Assembly: GCA_015680685.1 (NCBI GenBank)
Contig: MNCI01001288.1
Location: 1-64,000, forward strand
Direction: 5' to 3'
Origin: Gnetum montanum
Lineage: Eukaryota; Plantae; Gnetophyta
Length of the DNA: 64,000 bases
Positions 9,813 to 23,527 of the stretch are shown one piece after another. Under the pieces are notes generated by a model. It made no database searches and was not told the origin of the DNA. It saw only the letters and a program-made list of their open reading frames with translations. How positions within the stretch are numbered: position 1 is the first letter of the stretch; each line of letters opens with the position of its first letter. The position numbers were made by a program, and so were the translations under genes.

Positions 9813-11890
9813 ATGTCTCTTTCACAAGACAGTGATAATGCAACATCTAGCGAGGCAATTCATTGGGGGAACCAATGAAGAAGTTTGGAGTACTCAATCT
9901 TATGCAAGAGTTTTATATGTTCATAGACACCTCAACGATACTCAAGAACTTTTGTCATTCAACTCAGATACCCCTAGTGAAGATGGGGCATCCCATGGAA
10001 TGAGGGGGCCCGTAAGGCCTAGGACCTTCTCAATAGTTAACAAGGATTTATCTAGGGATGATTGGAAGACCTACAAAAGTCATGACGAGTCTTCCAGTTC
10101 TTCCTCTTCCTCTACTCCTTCAACGTTAGGTTGTGACACGGATGACTGTCTTTTAACGGATCAGCGTAGAAATAAAAATCAGCTCCACGGGCAAAGTCAG
10201 AAACAGCAACATGAACAAAGACAACATCATCCCAACTCTCAAACTCATAACCTACCTAGTGACGATGAGCCCCTACTGGCCACTAAGAGCCTAATGCATA
10301 TACAAGAGGCTGTTCAAATATCCCACAGGAATCATAAGGAAAGTTGTCTACCCAAGCTTGATTTCAATAACTTTCCCAAATTTTTAGTAGGCTATGATTT
10401 AGATCTGCAACATCATCTACAAGCCTTCCATGATGCTTGTGTATGAAAAAATATTGATAATGGGTGGCAAAAAATTAAGCTCTTTCCTACAACACTCGTT
10501 GACCAAGCAAAAGTATGGTACAGGTCCTTAAGACCAAAATCAATTCGATGTTGGTTGACAATGGTAGAAATATTCAATGAAAGATATCAAACCTATGCAA
10601 GAGTGTCAGCCTTGAGGAAACAAATCCAAGAGTGGAAACAAGTGCAACATGAACCCTTGGACATGGCCTTAGAAAGATATTATGCATTGATAAACAATTG
10701 CCCAAACCATGGATTTTCCGAGGAAAGGCTAATGTACCACGTCATGGATGGGCTCTGTAATGAAATAAGGGAGACCCTAGGGATGTATGCCCAAGGTTAA
10801 CTATACGAGCTATGAACCCACCAACTCCAATAGATTATTAAGCAGGTAGCAAAAGAAGAAGGAGAAATGGCTAAATGGGAGAATGTTGAAAGCTCTCAAT
10901 AGGACCAAAATCTTGAATTAGCAAAGGTCCATGATCATGAAGAGGAGAAATCAACTCACCTCAAGGAGGTGGAATCATCTTTGCCAATACTACAATCACT
11001 AGATGAAATTGAGGCAAAGATCAATAAGATGATGGAATGGATGCATGAAAAATGTGGAGAATATGCCAACATTATTAGAGGTAGAACCATGATGAACCAA
11101 GAAACAAAGAAGGGTTGAACAGAATAAGGATAAGAACTCAATTGCTAATCATACGTATCAATGTAATGTTTGCCTGTATGATAACCCCAAAGGTCAATGC
11201 CCAATCTTGTTACATTTACATGAACATTGGGGAAGAATGTTACATCTAGAGTTCGTACAAAAATATTGTGTTCAATCACAGTGGCAAAAATCCTAGTTGT
11301 GGGGGAAGCCATCCCCAAACTGGTTACACCCTTCCTATCATCCGAACCTAAGTGCTTATCAAGTCCAACATCCTATTTCCCCAACCAGGTCAACGTCCTC
11401 TATCTCACCACATTATTATCATTCTCCTGAATACTATCAACCCATATCCTATCCAACACGATCACCACCTCATGTGCCTCACACTTCTCCTCACTCTCAA
11501 TATTCTCATCCTTCACCTCCTTCTACATTGCCACCAATAGTACCAGAAGGTTTTGCACCACAACACCAACCCACAAACATTACTTGTGCTGCTACTGTCA
11601 ACTGCAGTGGGAATCCTTCACAATGTTAAAAACATCCTTTCTTTAGGCATGACTGTAGAAAGGGACATCATAGTTCCGAGACCATTGCATCCTCCCACTT
11701 AGCACAAGTTCAACACTATGGTGCATCTTTCTCCTTGAACCCAATGCCTCGTGTTACCTTATCAGGGCCACCAATCAACACTCCAACAACCATGCGACCT
11801 AATGAATATAGCTATGTGGGGAGACATGTCGATCCTTGCATACCATCTTACGGTCAAGGGTGCCATAGTGGGTCAACTCCGTATTAATTA
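9813..11890 (+). pseudogene. E1 gag (retrotransposon gag domain, Cx2Cx3Hx4C-type knuckle, Pro/His-rich tail)
   Basis: FPKFLVGYDLDLQHHLQAFHDAC..KIKLFPTTLVDQAKVWY..F.ERY..NCPNHGF; CNVCLYDNPKGQC; multiple stops. Confidence 0.85.
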
Positions 11891-13426
11891 AACTCATCTT
11901 CTAACTTGCCCCACTATGTCAACTTTAATACAGTGTGTGCACCCCAATTTGGNAACAGAATTAATAAATGTTTTTCCTTTTCTTTAATTTTACAATTTTT
12001 TGTTTTCCAGTTTTTCATCTTTCAATTTTTGTTTTATCTTTTTATTGGTTGGTTCATCTTTTCATTTATTGTTTTGTCTTTTTATGGGTAATCTCATCTA
12101 TGAATAAAACACTCATGTGACTTGTTGGTTGAGGTGTTGTTCTATGCTATCAAGTCTCAGGTGACTAATTACTTGGACAATGAGCCCATCACATCCACCC
12201 AACCATTCTAATAATAAGAGGTTCTACTCTGGGTATGATGATATTCTTAACAACATTAAAACTTAAAGTAATTTTCTGCTCATTATACCCAGAGCGAAGA
12301 AGGATGGACCAAGAAGGAATGGCCAAGGTGTGACATCAAGGGGACTTGTGGATTCTCTTTGGTGACATCTGTAGGAGTTACCATGTAGCCTGGGTGTACT
12401 AAGATCCTTGTAGATCTAATGAAAAATGGAAGTAAGAGTAATAAAGGCACTCAATAAAAAAAATAAAAAAAAGAAAAGAAAGAAAACCCCAATGCTATTT
12501 TAGGGGATCCCACTAGAAAGACATGCACCCATGCCTGAAGGTAGGCACCTTCTCTAGATTACACACCAAAAGGAAAAAGAAAAAAAAAAGGCAAGAAGAG
12601 TGTGCCAAAGTGGCCACACAAAAAGAAAAAAAAGGAAAAGATCAAGATCAAAGTGCCACAAAGCAATTCCAAATCACTCCTCCCTTGAACAAAACGCCAA
12701 GTGATCGTATGACTTGCTGTTATGGTGCTCTTATGGCTATCCATCATTGGATGAAACAATGCGATGTCACTGATCGGAAGAATAGACTTGGTCTTGATTT
12801 TGGAGCGACGGGCTAATGACACATTAATCACATCCTACACTCAAAATTCATTGTGCCCTGGGTCAGTTACCTCATGTCCCAATCTCTGCAATCCCTTCTA
12901 CAATTCGCGTCATCTCACTGTTCATGTATTTGTGACTTGTGTCTTGTATAGCATTGAATGCATACCTCATCACGATAGTATCAACATGTGTGTGTTTTGT
13001 TGCATCAGTGTAGATTACATTTAACCCTTCTAGTGCCTACGGACATTTTAAGGTGTGGTTACGCAAAGGCATTATAGGTTGAAACTTGCTTTGGGGAGGA
13101 TCCACTTGTGTGACTTTTGTAATTTGTACTTTTTGCACATCATGACACCATTTTGTACCCTCCGAGTTCTTCATTGTCAAATCTATTCTTTCCTTTATCA
13201 TCATTTTATCAAACATTCCTCAAAACCATTACATATCCTTTGATGTGTCACCTAAACAAACTAGTTCTAACATTAAACTTTTAGGGAAACTTCCTTGAAA
13301 AAATTTCTAACTCTAAAATCACACTAAGCAAAGAATTCAACATTTACTAAAGGCAATAAGTAAGGTATGAAATAATTGAACTTCTTTCAATAACCTTACT
13401 AACAATTGATCTTTGTGTGATTATAG

Positions 13427-13880
13427 ATGGCCCCTAAAAGAGGACAACAAGGAGGACCTTCTCAAGGTGCAACTAAATGCCCAGGAGGAGGTCGAAGCCA
13501 AGGACCTCATGTAGAACATGCGGAGTAGGAGGCACTATCATTCAACATCCATCAAGGAACTCCTATCACTACACAATCTAGCCAAGTAAAAGGTGGAGAG
13601 GTTAGGGCTCAAGCCTATGAAGAGGAATGATAGCTATTTGCGGCATGGCATGTCAAGGCCAATCAAGTGTTCCCGTAGCTATCGTGTCCATGGAAAGTGT
13701 TGACTCCATCAAACATTGGAACCTCAACATAGACGACTCATAATCCTTGGATAGAAGAGGCGAAACATCAGGTGCTTCTTCAACGGTATTAATCCCAAAG
13801 CTTGGAGCACAAGACAAGGGGAAGAGACCCATGGAGGAGCCACTGCCACCAGGAACCACGAGTTCCAATAAATTTTGTAA
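13427..13880 (+). pseudogene. E1 accessory ORF2, internally deleted
   Basis: N-terminus MAPKRGQQGGP joined near 13600 to AYEEE..FAAWHVKANQ..QDKGKRPMEEPLPPG; both ends match the full ORF2 of E2. Confidence 0.8.
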
Positions 13881-14040
13881 TTGTGTCTGTGTCCCAATTT
13901 TGTTGTATTCAATTCTCCACTATGGCATGAATAAATTTCTAGTTAGTCAATAATCCCATACCTATCCACTGTGTTATCAATTAAGCTTGTTCCTCACTTT
14001 CTTTGACTTGAGGATGAGTTGTTATCCAATTATGGGTGTA

Positions 14041-14928
14041 TGATGAATCCTGGTTTGTCAGGTGCTGATATCAGACCCTTGTTAACCAAGTGTTGATATT
14101 GGACCCCTGATATCTGATGAGTCCCGATATCAGACCCTTGATATCGGGTACACGATATCGCGTCTTGGCTAGCAATATTAGATACACGATATCGTGGTAA
14201 ATGTGTGAGCCTATAAATACAAAATTGGATGCATGGGAAAGTCATAGGAAGTTAGTGTTAGAGTAGGATCTTTTTGTCAGTTTTTTCCTCTCAACCCTTT
14301 CCCTAGTGCATGCCCCTAGTGTGATGATTGTAATTGTACGGAACCTTTATTTGAGTGTGATGTATGTGGACATGCACATGACTGACAATAAAGATTGAGA
14401 TTACTTCATCATTGCAGCATTCACTTAGTTTTAATTGTTATTTATTGATTTCTTAATTAATATTTCTCTACCCTCATCTCCTATCCCTATTATTACACAC
14501 GGAATGAGTACGACTTAATCACAAGCATTTAAGTGTGACTACTTGGTATCCTAGTAGCATACCTAGGACATGTGCTTGGTAATCCCAGTAGTAGTACGTG
14601 AGGTCTAAGATGTGTATAGATGATTAAGGACGGATGCTCATCGCACTTAGGCTAGCTTAGATTCTCTTCCCCCATTCTCTCTTAGCTTAATTAAAGTTAT
14701 TTTCCATTGCCTCTAGGAGTAGCACTAGTTTAGGACCTATCATACACCTCACTCTAGACTAAACCATATGTGACAAAGTAAATACTAGTCCAGGTGGGAA
14801 GATAGCGAACTACAATCAATGAGTAACTATCTAGATACCACAACTAGTCCACCTGCGGAATTCGACCGGATCGTGCTTGAACACTTGTATTTGTATGGTT
14901 AAGTGTAGGGGTACCTCGCCACTCATCA
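14041..14928 (+). repeat. E1 3' LTR (888 bp)
   Basis: Direct repeat of 8698-9678. Confidence 0.95.
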
Positions 14929-17324
14929 ATTATGTATAGTCAAATTCCTAAGAAGCACATGGGTATGGGAAGAAACACTATGGCTAAAATAAAAAAAATA
15001 CTAGTGAAGCATGATAAATCATATTAACATGACCAAATAAAAACATCGATCAAGCATGTTCATATAAAATGCACCAATCTCATAAAGGAAATAATTGCAA
15101 ATTAATTAAACATACTTAATCCAGGATCCATGAATATAAAATATGCCATTTATTAAGATCCATTAATATCCAGCAAGCTAGAATCCAAGGAAAAAATTAC
15201 ATAATACATCAACTCTATGCATGAAAAAATCCAATATCCATAATCATAGGAATGTAAAACAATCTCTACTGTATTAAGGAAAATATATCAAAATCATAAC
15301 CATGAATCATCTTAGCTAATTCTATGATTCTCTAACTTCTTCTAGCCCTGGTGACTTTAAAATAAAAGGGAGTTACTATAATTGAATAGGAAACATTGGC
15401 ACTTCCTCTTGATCAACTAAGGACAAGCACCATGGATGAGAGCTAGGCATCAAAATTTTGACTTACAAACACATGTTAGTATTCAATGCACATCATACAA
15501 GCATCATGTATCTCACACTTCCATGTAATCAAGAAAACATAACATATAACCAACCATCCTCCCCAACCATCAACCAACCACACATAAGGAGGCTAGCATG
15601 CATCACACTCAGTGCGAAATGTGGTATTGTTGACATGTATATTTAGCCAATAATCATTTATCAAACTACCATATGCATGGATTTATTAATTTTTCTTAAC
15701 TATCAAACAATCATTAATCAAAATTGGTGCTAAAAGTGTTAAACATCCCTTCTAATGTTTTGAAGGTAAAAGGAACTAGTGGAGGAATGAACACTCCCTC
15801 TTTCTTGTAGAATGGAGTCCATGATAAGAGCCTTACTAATGCACCCTAGTAGGGGTTAGAGAAACCACTATAGGGTGCCCATCACTAATCAATTTCTCAA
15901 CTTAGTGCTAGCTATCATCAAACACAACGATACATCAAAGGATCATATCATCACAAAACCAACGTTGATGGTGGAGGATAGCACATACTAAACACAATCG
16001 AGTCCACATGAATAGAACCCCCATGGCTTAATCCAATGCACAATAAAATTAGGTATACAAACTAGACTAAGTATAAACCATTAGTCAATTCATACTAAGA
16101 ACCCAAAACTCATCTTCAATGGCTTAGATTATATAAAAACCAAGAAAACAATAATACAAGAGAGCATGACCTTGCTATGACACCACCATGACCCATGGCC
16201 ATGCTTAGATTCCAAACATCAAAAGAAAATTAGCATAATGATAGAGATAATAATGTATCATGACTAGACCATGACCCATGGTATACATAGAAAATCAAAT
16301 GTTTCAAGAAACCAAAGATGACATTTTTTAGTCTCAAGACTCACCATGACTTGACCATGATGAGTGGCGAGGTACCCCTACACTCAACCATATGAATACG
16401 AGCATTACATGTGCGATCCCGTCGAACTCCGCAGAAGGACTAGTTGTGGTATCTAGACAGTTAGCCTTAGGTCACAGTTCGTTGTCTTCCCACCTAGACT
16501 AGTATTAACTTTGTCACATATGGTTTAGTCTAGAGTGAGGTGTATGATGTGTTCTTTAATCTAATGCTACTGCTGAAGGCAATGGAAGATAATATTAACT
16601 AAGCTAAGAGAGAAAGGGTGAGAGAGAATCTAACTAGCCTAAGTGCGATGAGCATCCGTTCCTTGATTATCCGTACACATCTTGGACTTCGTGCATGACT
16701 ACCATTGGGATTACCAAGTGTAGGTCCTAGGTACACTACTAGGTTACCAAGTAGTCACACTTAAATGCTCGTAATCAAGTCGTACTCATTCCGTGTTTTA
16801 ACATGAGTTTAAGGGTGAGAAGAGATTAACTAGGAAAGCAGTAAATAACAACTAATTAAATGATTAAACTAAGTGAATGCTGCAATGATGAAGCAATCTC
16901 GATCTTTATTGCTGGTCATGTGCATGTCCAAGTACGTCACACTCAAATACAATCACCACACTACGGGCATACACTGGGAGGAAAAGGGTTGAGAGAAAGA
17001 AATTAAAACACTTAAACTAAAACTGACTTACTTCCTACTTTTTTACTTTTGATAACTGACTCCTCTTATTTATAGATGAGGAGACAGACTATGATATCGC
17101 GTATGCAATATCACGGTTGGGCTACGATATCACGTACGCGATATCGTGATCGCCCAAATGATGACTCATCATACCCCCATGACTGAATGAAAACTCATCC
17201 TTGAGTTACAGTGATTACACAGTGGATAGGTATGGGATTATTGGATGGTGAAAATGGGGTTATGCCGCAGTGTAGAATGAAGACAAAACAAAGATACAAC
17301 ATAAAGAATGTTCTACAACTACAA

Positions 17325-20069
17325 AATTTGTGGAACTCATGTAGTTCCTGGTGGTGGTGGCTCCTCCATTGGTGCTTTCCCTTTGTCTTGTGCTCCAGGT
17401 TTTGAGACTTGATGGTGTTGGAGTATGCCTGGAGCTTCTCCTCTTTGGTTTGGGGGTCCTATGCAGTCCATGCTAATGTTTTGATGCTTGATGGAGTTAG
17501 CACCTCCCATGGGTAGGGTAGTTGCAGAAACATTTGATTGGCCTTGACATACCAAGCCGCAAACACCCAACGTTCCTCTTCATAGGCTCTGGCTTTATCT
17601 TTGTATTCTTGGAAATCTGCAAGCCATTGAGCCAAATCTGTTGCAACACCTTTTTGTTCTTGGTAGCTTGCTTTCACCACCTTAAGTTTAGAATTTTCTA
17701 TCTCTACTTTTTCCAATAACTTCTTGCATTCTGCAAATTTTGCTTCATATTTGACATAGGTGGTAGCTACCTGTTGCTTGAGCTTTGTTCTAGGGCACCC
17801 TACTATTAACATGGCAAGGTTGGCAAACTGTAGCTTTGCCAACTCTATGTATTCTATCAGATCCTGAATCTGCAGGTCCTGACTCTTAACTTCTGCTTGG
17901 TAGGCAAAGGCATATGTGTCCAATATGGCCCGCCAGTCAATGTGTTGAGCACTGATAACGTTGATGTGGGCCTTGACCATATGGATCTCCTTCTCCAGGA
18001 TCTATTTGTACATTCCCACCTGGTCTCAGAAGTGCTCCTTTAGCTTTTCATATCGTTTAGCCTCATTTTACCGTGCGCTAATTTCGATAGCTGACTTTTG
18101 GCGAATAGCGCGTACCTCCTCCATTGAGAAGGTTCGATTCTCCCTAGCTAAATGACTCATGTCTTGGTTGACCCGAATGAATTGTTCTCGCAATTGATGG
18201 AAGTGTTCCTTGAGAACATTCTTTTGCTTCTCCACAGTGGTCAATTAAAGGTTGTTAGCAACAAGCTATTTATTTTCCTCCTGTAAGGCATTGAGTGCTT
18301 TGAGATGCGCATGAGTTTGCGCCTATGCTACAGAGGCATCCCAAACAGCCTTCTCTTTTTTTTCAGCCACCTTTTTATTCTTCGTTAATAGCTTAGTTAG
18401 TTGCTCAGTTTTGAAGCTATCCAGCTGGTCTATGGGAATGAATTGCAAAGGATCCTACTATGCTACTTATAGGACCACGAGCTGCTCTTGTAATTTCTGC
18501 ACCTCTGCTTCAGCATGCTTGGCCCTCACTTCTATTAAAACTAGCTTCCCCTTCGTGGAAATGAGGTCTGACTGAATTATCGTAACATCCTAAGGGATGT
18601 CAAACAGGGACGTCATTACTTGTCCTGTTTGTAGTAATCGATCAAGCGTGTCCTCATGTTCTGCAGGAGTCATTGAGGTTCTGGCCAAAGTTTGAGCATC
18701 CTGTGCTCCTGTGAGATCTGCCAGTGGTACAACAAGTACGTTGAATAATTCCTTGATGTGGTCTATGACCACTTTTGCAGCTCCCACGACATCCTTATGT
18801 TGCATGACCACCACAATGGCCCCTTCACCAGTTTCTAATTGCACTTGGAAAGATGCCACATTTCCTAAGATCTGTTGTGACCAAGTACTTTCCCCTCCTC
18901 CTGTATGAATAGACACTTCACCCCTTGTACGATCCAAAGAAACTATGGGCTGCATGACATCATCAATGACATGGAAGAGATTTGCGTCATCACACCTTCC
19001 CCAACTGACCGTCTCAGCGATGGCCCTGATATGGCTCATCGACGATCTGTAATCTTGCGGTGGCAGCGGTTGATCCTGGCCTATGCTATGCCTTGCTTCC
19101 TATTGTTGGCTGGGTTTTGTACTTGGAGGTTGGCTGGGTCCTGCAAGTTGAGCTATAGTTGGTCCAGCCATCAGTTCTTCTTCTTCTTCTAGCCCCAGCA
19201 TCTCACCAGTGATTTTCCTTGGGGCTGGTGGCTTTAACAGTTTTTCATATGAAGCATTTTGGGCTTTTTGAAGGACATCGTTGGTGTACCCCCTGATACC
19301 AACATGTCGGCAAAGCTTTCTGATAAGACAAGGGAAGGGCAACGCCATCTTCCCTGTCTTTCATTCCTCGAACCGCCTTAGGATCTCCCATCAGCACTGC
19401 ACATCCTCTTGTTGCATACATTGATATTCTTTTTAAGCCCTTCATGGGAATTTAAAGTAGATCCTCTCCTTCGTTGTCAACTCACCAAATGTCTTATCTC
19501 TACCATACGTCCTTTCCAACGAATCCCGTCGCACATCGGGGTTTGAACGGGTGGATAATTGAGCAATCTTGGGCCCTGAATTTGAAAGGTTTAATACTTC
19601 CAAAATGGCTTGCACGGAGAAATCAACTGACACGCCACAAATATTGACGGTGGTGCCTTGCTCCCTATTGTGTGAGAATTGGTACGTCTCCCCTAGGTAC
19701 TAGGCACCGCTTTCGGAGAGGGTAGGCCATAAGGGAGACCCTTTGAGGTGATCCCTAATAGCCTCAGGAGAAAACTCTACAAAAGATTCAAAGTCTAATT
19801 CCACAATCATCGCAAAGAATGTGCACTTTTCGTGGATGGCCTGAACACAATCTTGGGGAAACATGAGATGTTGTCCCTGTTCAGGTGCAGTAGTAGCTCC
19901 TCCTTCTGCCTACCTAGACTATACGGTAGGAGGGTTCCTCTTGATGAATACTAAATGATTGTTCCTCCTATTCTGCATGTTGTCTAGCAGGATCTTGTCT
20001 TCCATCTCTCCTAGGTCATTTGCTTCCACCTTGAGCAGGACCTTCCTTTTGTCCACGTTTCGGGGCCAT
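17325..20069 (-). pseudogene. E2 accessory (env-like/ORF2) protein: Athila-ORF/Transposase_32-like N-terminal domain plus long coiled coil
   Basis: Starts MAPKRGQKEG; VNICGVSVDFSVQAILEVLNL and LPFPCLIRKLCRHVGI motifs; coiled-coil ORF pieces at 17459-17980; ends QDKGKAPMEEPPPPG. Several stops and frameshifts. Confidence 0.75.
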
Positions 20070-20549
20070 TTGCAATCACACAGGGTCAAAGCGTTAGTAA
20101 GGTTATTTTTGAAGTTAAGTTATACCTTACTACTTACCTTAATTAATTAATTAATTTAATCTCAGTGTGATGTTTTCCAAAAGATTATAATAGTGGGTCC
20201 TTTTTACTTAGGTGGTTTTTCAATTTTAGTTTCCCGGTATACCTAGGGATAAAATTATTTTCAGCACAATTTATTCTTAATGTTATAGCTAATTACCCTG
20301 GATAATGTCCTTTGGGTGATGATAAATTCCAAAAAATTTAGGCATTATTTGATAGGTGTCCCTCCCCCATGACTAAGCTGAACACTCCGGGTTCAAGCAG
20401 GTTTAGATGGAATTAAAATTGGAGTACCAGCGAGCGAGATATCAGTAGGAAAACAAGGGTGTCACACTTGCAAGTCTTAGAGAAAAATTCGAAAAACTCC
20501 CCCGCGTGAATGATGAAAAATGATGCTAAGTGTTCCGGGGGGGATCACC

Positions 20550-20591
20550 TATTTATAGGTTTATGGGACACGATATCGTGTACGGGATATC
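20550..20591 (-). promoter_or_regulatory. Putative internal promoter of E2 ORF2
   Basis: Minus strand GATATC...ACACGATATCGTGT...CTATAAATA, the same layout as the LTR promoter, about 480 nt upstream of the ORF2 ATG. Confidence 0.55.
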
Positions 20592-21659
20592 ATGACCCTA
20601 GTGACATTGGGCACAACAATAAAATACCAAATTTTTGAAGATTTTCTTGAAATCAACGGTGTAACTTAGGACATTGGGCTATTATGAAGGGGTTCTAAGG
20701 TAATTAGATGGTTTTGAAGGCATGAATAATGATTTGTGGTTTTATCAATGAGGACTTTGGGTGGTGAGTGAGAGAAAAAGGTCATGTAATGGTACATAGG
20801 AATGTTGATTCGGAGGGATAATAATAATAGGGAAAGAATGTTATTAAAAATAGGCTGAGGGTAATAAATGGTGGGTGTGATCTGTGTCATGAGTGAAGAT
20901 TACAAAAGATTACATAAGTGGATCCTCCCCAAAGCAGGTTCCAACCTATAATGCCCTTGTGTAACCACACTTAAAGTGTCCGTGGGCACTAGAAGGGTTA
21001 AATGTAATCCACACTGATTCCACAAAACACACACATGTAAATATCACCGGAATGAGGTAAGAATTCTATGTTACACACGACAAGAGCTACAATTACACGA
21101 ATAGTGAGATGAGACGAACTATAGAAAGGGATTGGAACATGAGGTAACTGACCCAGGGCACAGTGAATCCTGCATGTAAAGCATGATTAAGGTGTCTTTA
21201 ACCCATTGTTCCAAGATCAGGACCAAGTCCATTCCTCTAATCAGTAACATCGCATTGTTTCATCCCATGATGAGAAACTATGAGAGTACCATAACAACAA
21301 GGCGTACGATCACTTGGCGTTTTGTTCAAGGGAGGAGTGATTTTTGTTTTATGGCACTTCCTTTGTTTTTTTTTTGACTACTGAATCCAGAGAAACTGCC
21401 AACCTTCAGGCATGGGTGCATGTCTTTCCAGTGGNNNNNNNNNNNNNNNNNNNNNNNNNNNNNNNNNNNNNNNNNNNNNNNNNNNNNNNNNNNNNNNNNN
21501 NNNNNNNNNNNNNNNNNNNNNNNNNNNNNNNNNNNNNNNNNNNNNNNNNNNNNNNNAGCGTAAAAAGATAAAAAGACAAAATGATAAAACAAGAAATTGA
21601 AAATCAAAAAACTGGAAAACAAAAAAGTTGTAAAATTAAAGAAAATAATAAGTGGTTAT

Positions 21660-23527
21660 TAATCCTGCTTGTTACTAGAATGGGGGGTATCCCCCATAAC
21701 TAAATGGTTGAGGATGGCAAGGATTAACAAATGGAAGATGAGGATCCTTGCATGTTGGAAATATTGGGACCGAGTCATACTTACCCCATTGGGGTTCACA
21801 CACTTGATTATAGTAAACATAGTGGGGCAATCTATGAGATGTCGTTCCCAAATAAAGAGTTGACCCACTATGATGTTTGTGACTGTAAGATGGTATGCAA
21901 GGATCGGGATGTTACCTTCCATGCCTGTGTTCATTGGGCCGTATGGTTGTTGGAGTGTTAATTGGTGGCCCTGATGAAGTAACATGAGGCATTGGGTTCG
22001 AAGATAAGGGTGCACCACAGTGTTGGGCTTGTGCTGAGTTGGAGAGTACAGTGGCCTTGGAATTGTGTTGTCCCTTCTTACGGTCATATTTAAAGAAGGG
22101 ACACTTTTGATGTTGAGGAGGCCTCCCACTGTTGTTGGCAATAGTAGCACAAGTAACGTTCGGAGGTTGTTTTTGTGGTGCAGACACCTTAGGAACAGTT
22201 GGTGGTGATGTAGAAGGAGGGAAAGAATGAAAATGTTGAAAATTAGGAGAAGTGTGTGGTACACAAGGCGGTGGTTGTGTTGAAGGCATGGGCTGATAGT
22301 GTTGAGGAGAATGATAATGCAGTGAGATAAAGTATGCTGGCCCAATTGGAGAAACAGGATGTTGAACGTGATAAGCATTTGGATTCGGATGATATGAAGG
22401 GTGTCTCCAGTTTAAGGGTGGTTTCCCCAAAGACTGGGATTGTTGCCACTGTGATCGAACATAGTATCTCTGTATGAACTCTGGATGTAACGTGCTTCCT
22501 CAATGCTCATATAAATGTAACAAGATTGGGCATTGACCCTTGGGATGATCGTATAGGCAAATGTTGCATTCATATGCATGATTAGCAGTTGAGCTCTTAT
22601 TTTCTTCATTCCTTCTTTCTGAATGTCTAATGATATTTTGTCCTGCTTCTTGGGTTGTCAAAACTCTATCTCCAATAATATCGATATATTCTCCACACTT
22701 TTTATGCATCCATTCCAACATCTTATTAATATTTGCCTCAACTTCCTCTAATGATTTTTGTACTAGCAAAGATGGTTCTTTCTCCTTATGACAAGTTGAT
22801 TTCTCCTTTTTGTGATTATGGACCTTTGTTAAGTTGAGATCCTGGTCCCATTGATGTTTTTCAACACTCTCCCATCTAGCCATTTCTCCTTCTTCTTTTG
22901 CTACCCNNNNNNNNNNNNNNNNNNNNNNNNNNNNNNNNNNNNNNNNNNNNNNNNNNNNNNNNNNNNNNNNNNNNNNNNNNNNNNNNNNNNNNNNNNNNNN
23001 NNNNNNNNNNNNNNNNNNNNNNNNNNNNNNNNNNNNNNNNNNNNNNNNNNNNNNNNNNNNNNNNNNNNNNNNNNNNNNNNNNNNNNNNNNNNNNNNNNNN
23101 NNNNNNNNNNNNNNNNNNNNNNNNNNNNNNNNNNNNNNNNNNNNNNNNNNNNNNNNNNNNNNNNNNNNNNNNNNNNNNNNNNNNNNNNNNNNNNNNNNNN
23201 NNNNNNNNNNNNNNNNNNNNNNNNNNNNNNNNNNNNNNNNNNNNNNNNNNNNNNNNNNNNNNNNNNNNNNNNNNNNNNNNNNNNNNNNNNNNNNNNNNNN
23301 NNNNNNNNNNNNNNNNNNNNNNNNNNNNNNNNNNNNNNNNNNNNNNNNNNNNNNNNNNNNNNNNNNNNNNNNNNNNNNNNNNNNNNNNNNNNNNNNNNNN
23401 NNNNNNNNNNNNNNNNNNNNNNNNNNNNNNNNNNNNNNNNNNNNNNNNNNNNNNNATATAGTTTGCTGGTTCTCCAATGAACTTCCTCACTAGGTGTGGC
23501 ATTATTATAGTCTTGTAGGAGAGGCAT
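21660..23527 (-). pseudogene. E2 gag (capsid core lies in the N gap 22907-23455)
   Basis: MPLLQDYNNATPSEE start, VAKEEGEMARWE, CNICLYDHPKGQC and Pro/His tail, all collinear with E1 gag. Confidence 0.8.

Larger units (their letters stand above)
8698..14928 (+). mobile_element. Complete non-autonomous Athila-like LTR retrotransposon (E1): gag plus deleted ORF2, no pol
   Basis: LTRs 8698-9678 and 14041-14928 (TGAT...ATCA), TSD ATTAT (8693-8697 / 14929-14933), tRNA-Asp-type PBS, ATGGGTGTA PPT remnant. Confidence 0.92.

Noticed and set aside
22500-23527. Long ORFs of 187-325 aa (also 21326-21622 and 61611-62480)
   Set aside because: Artefacts of reading through N gaps.
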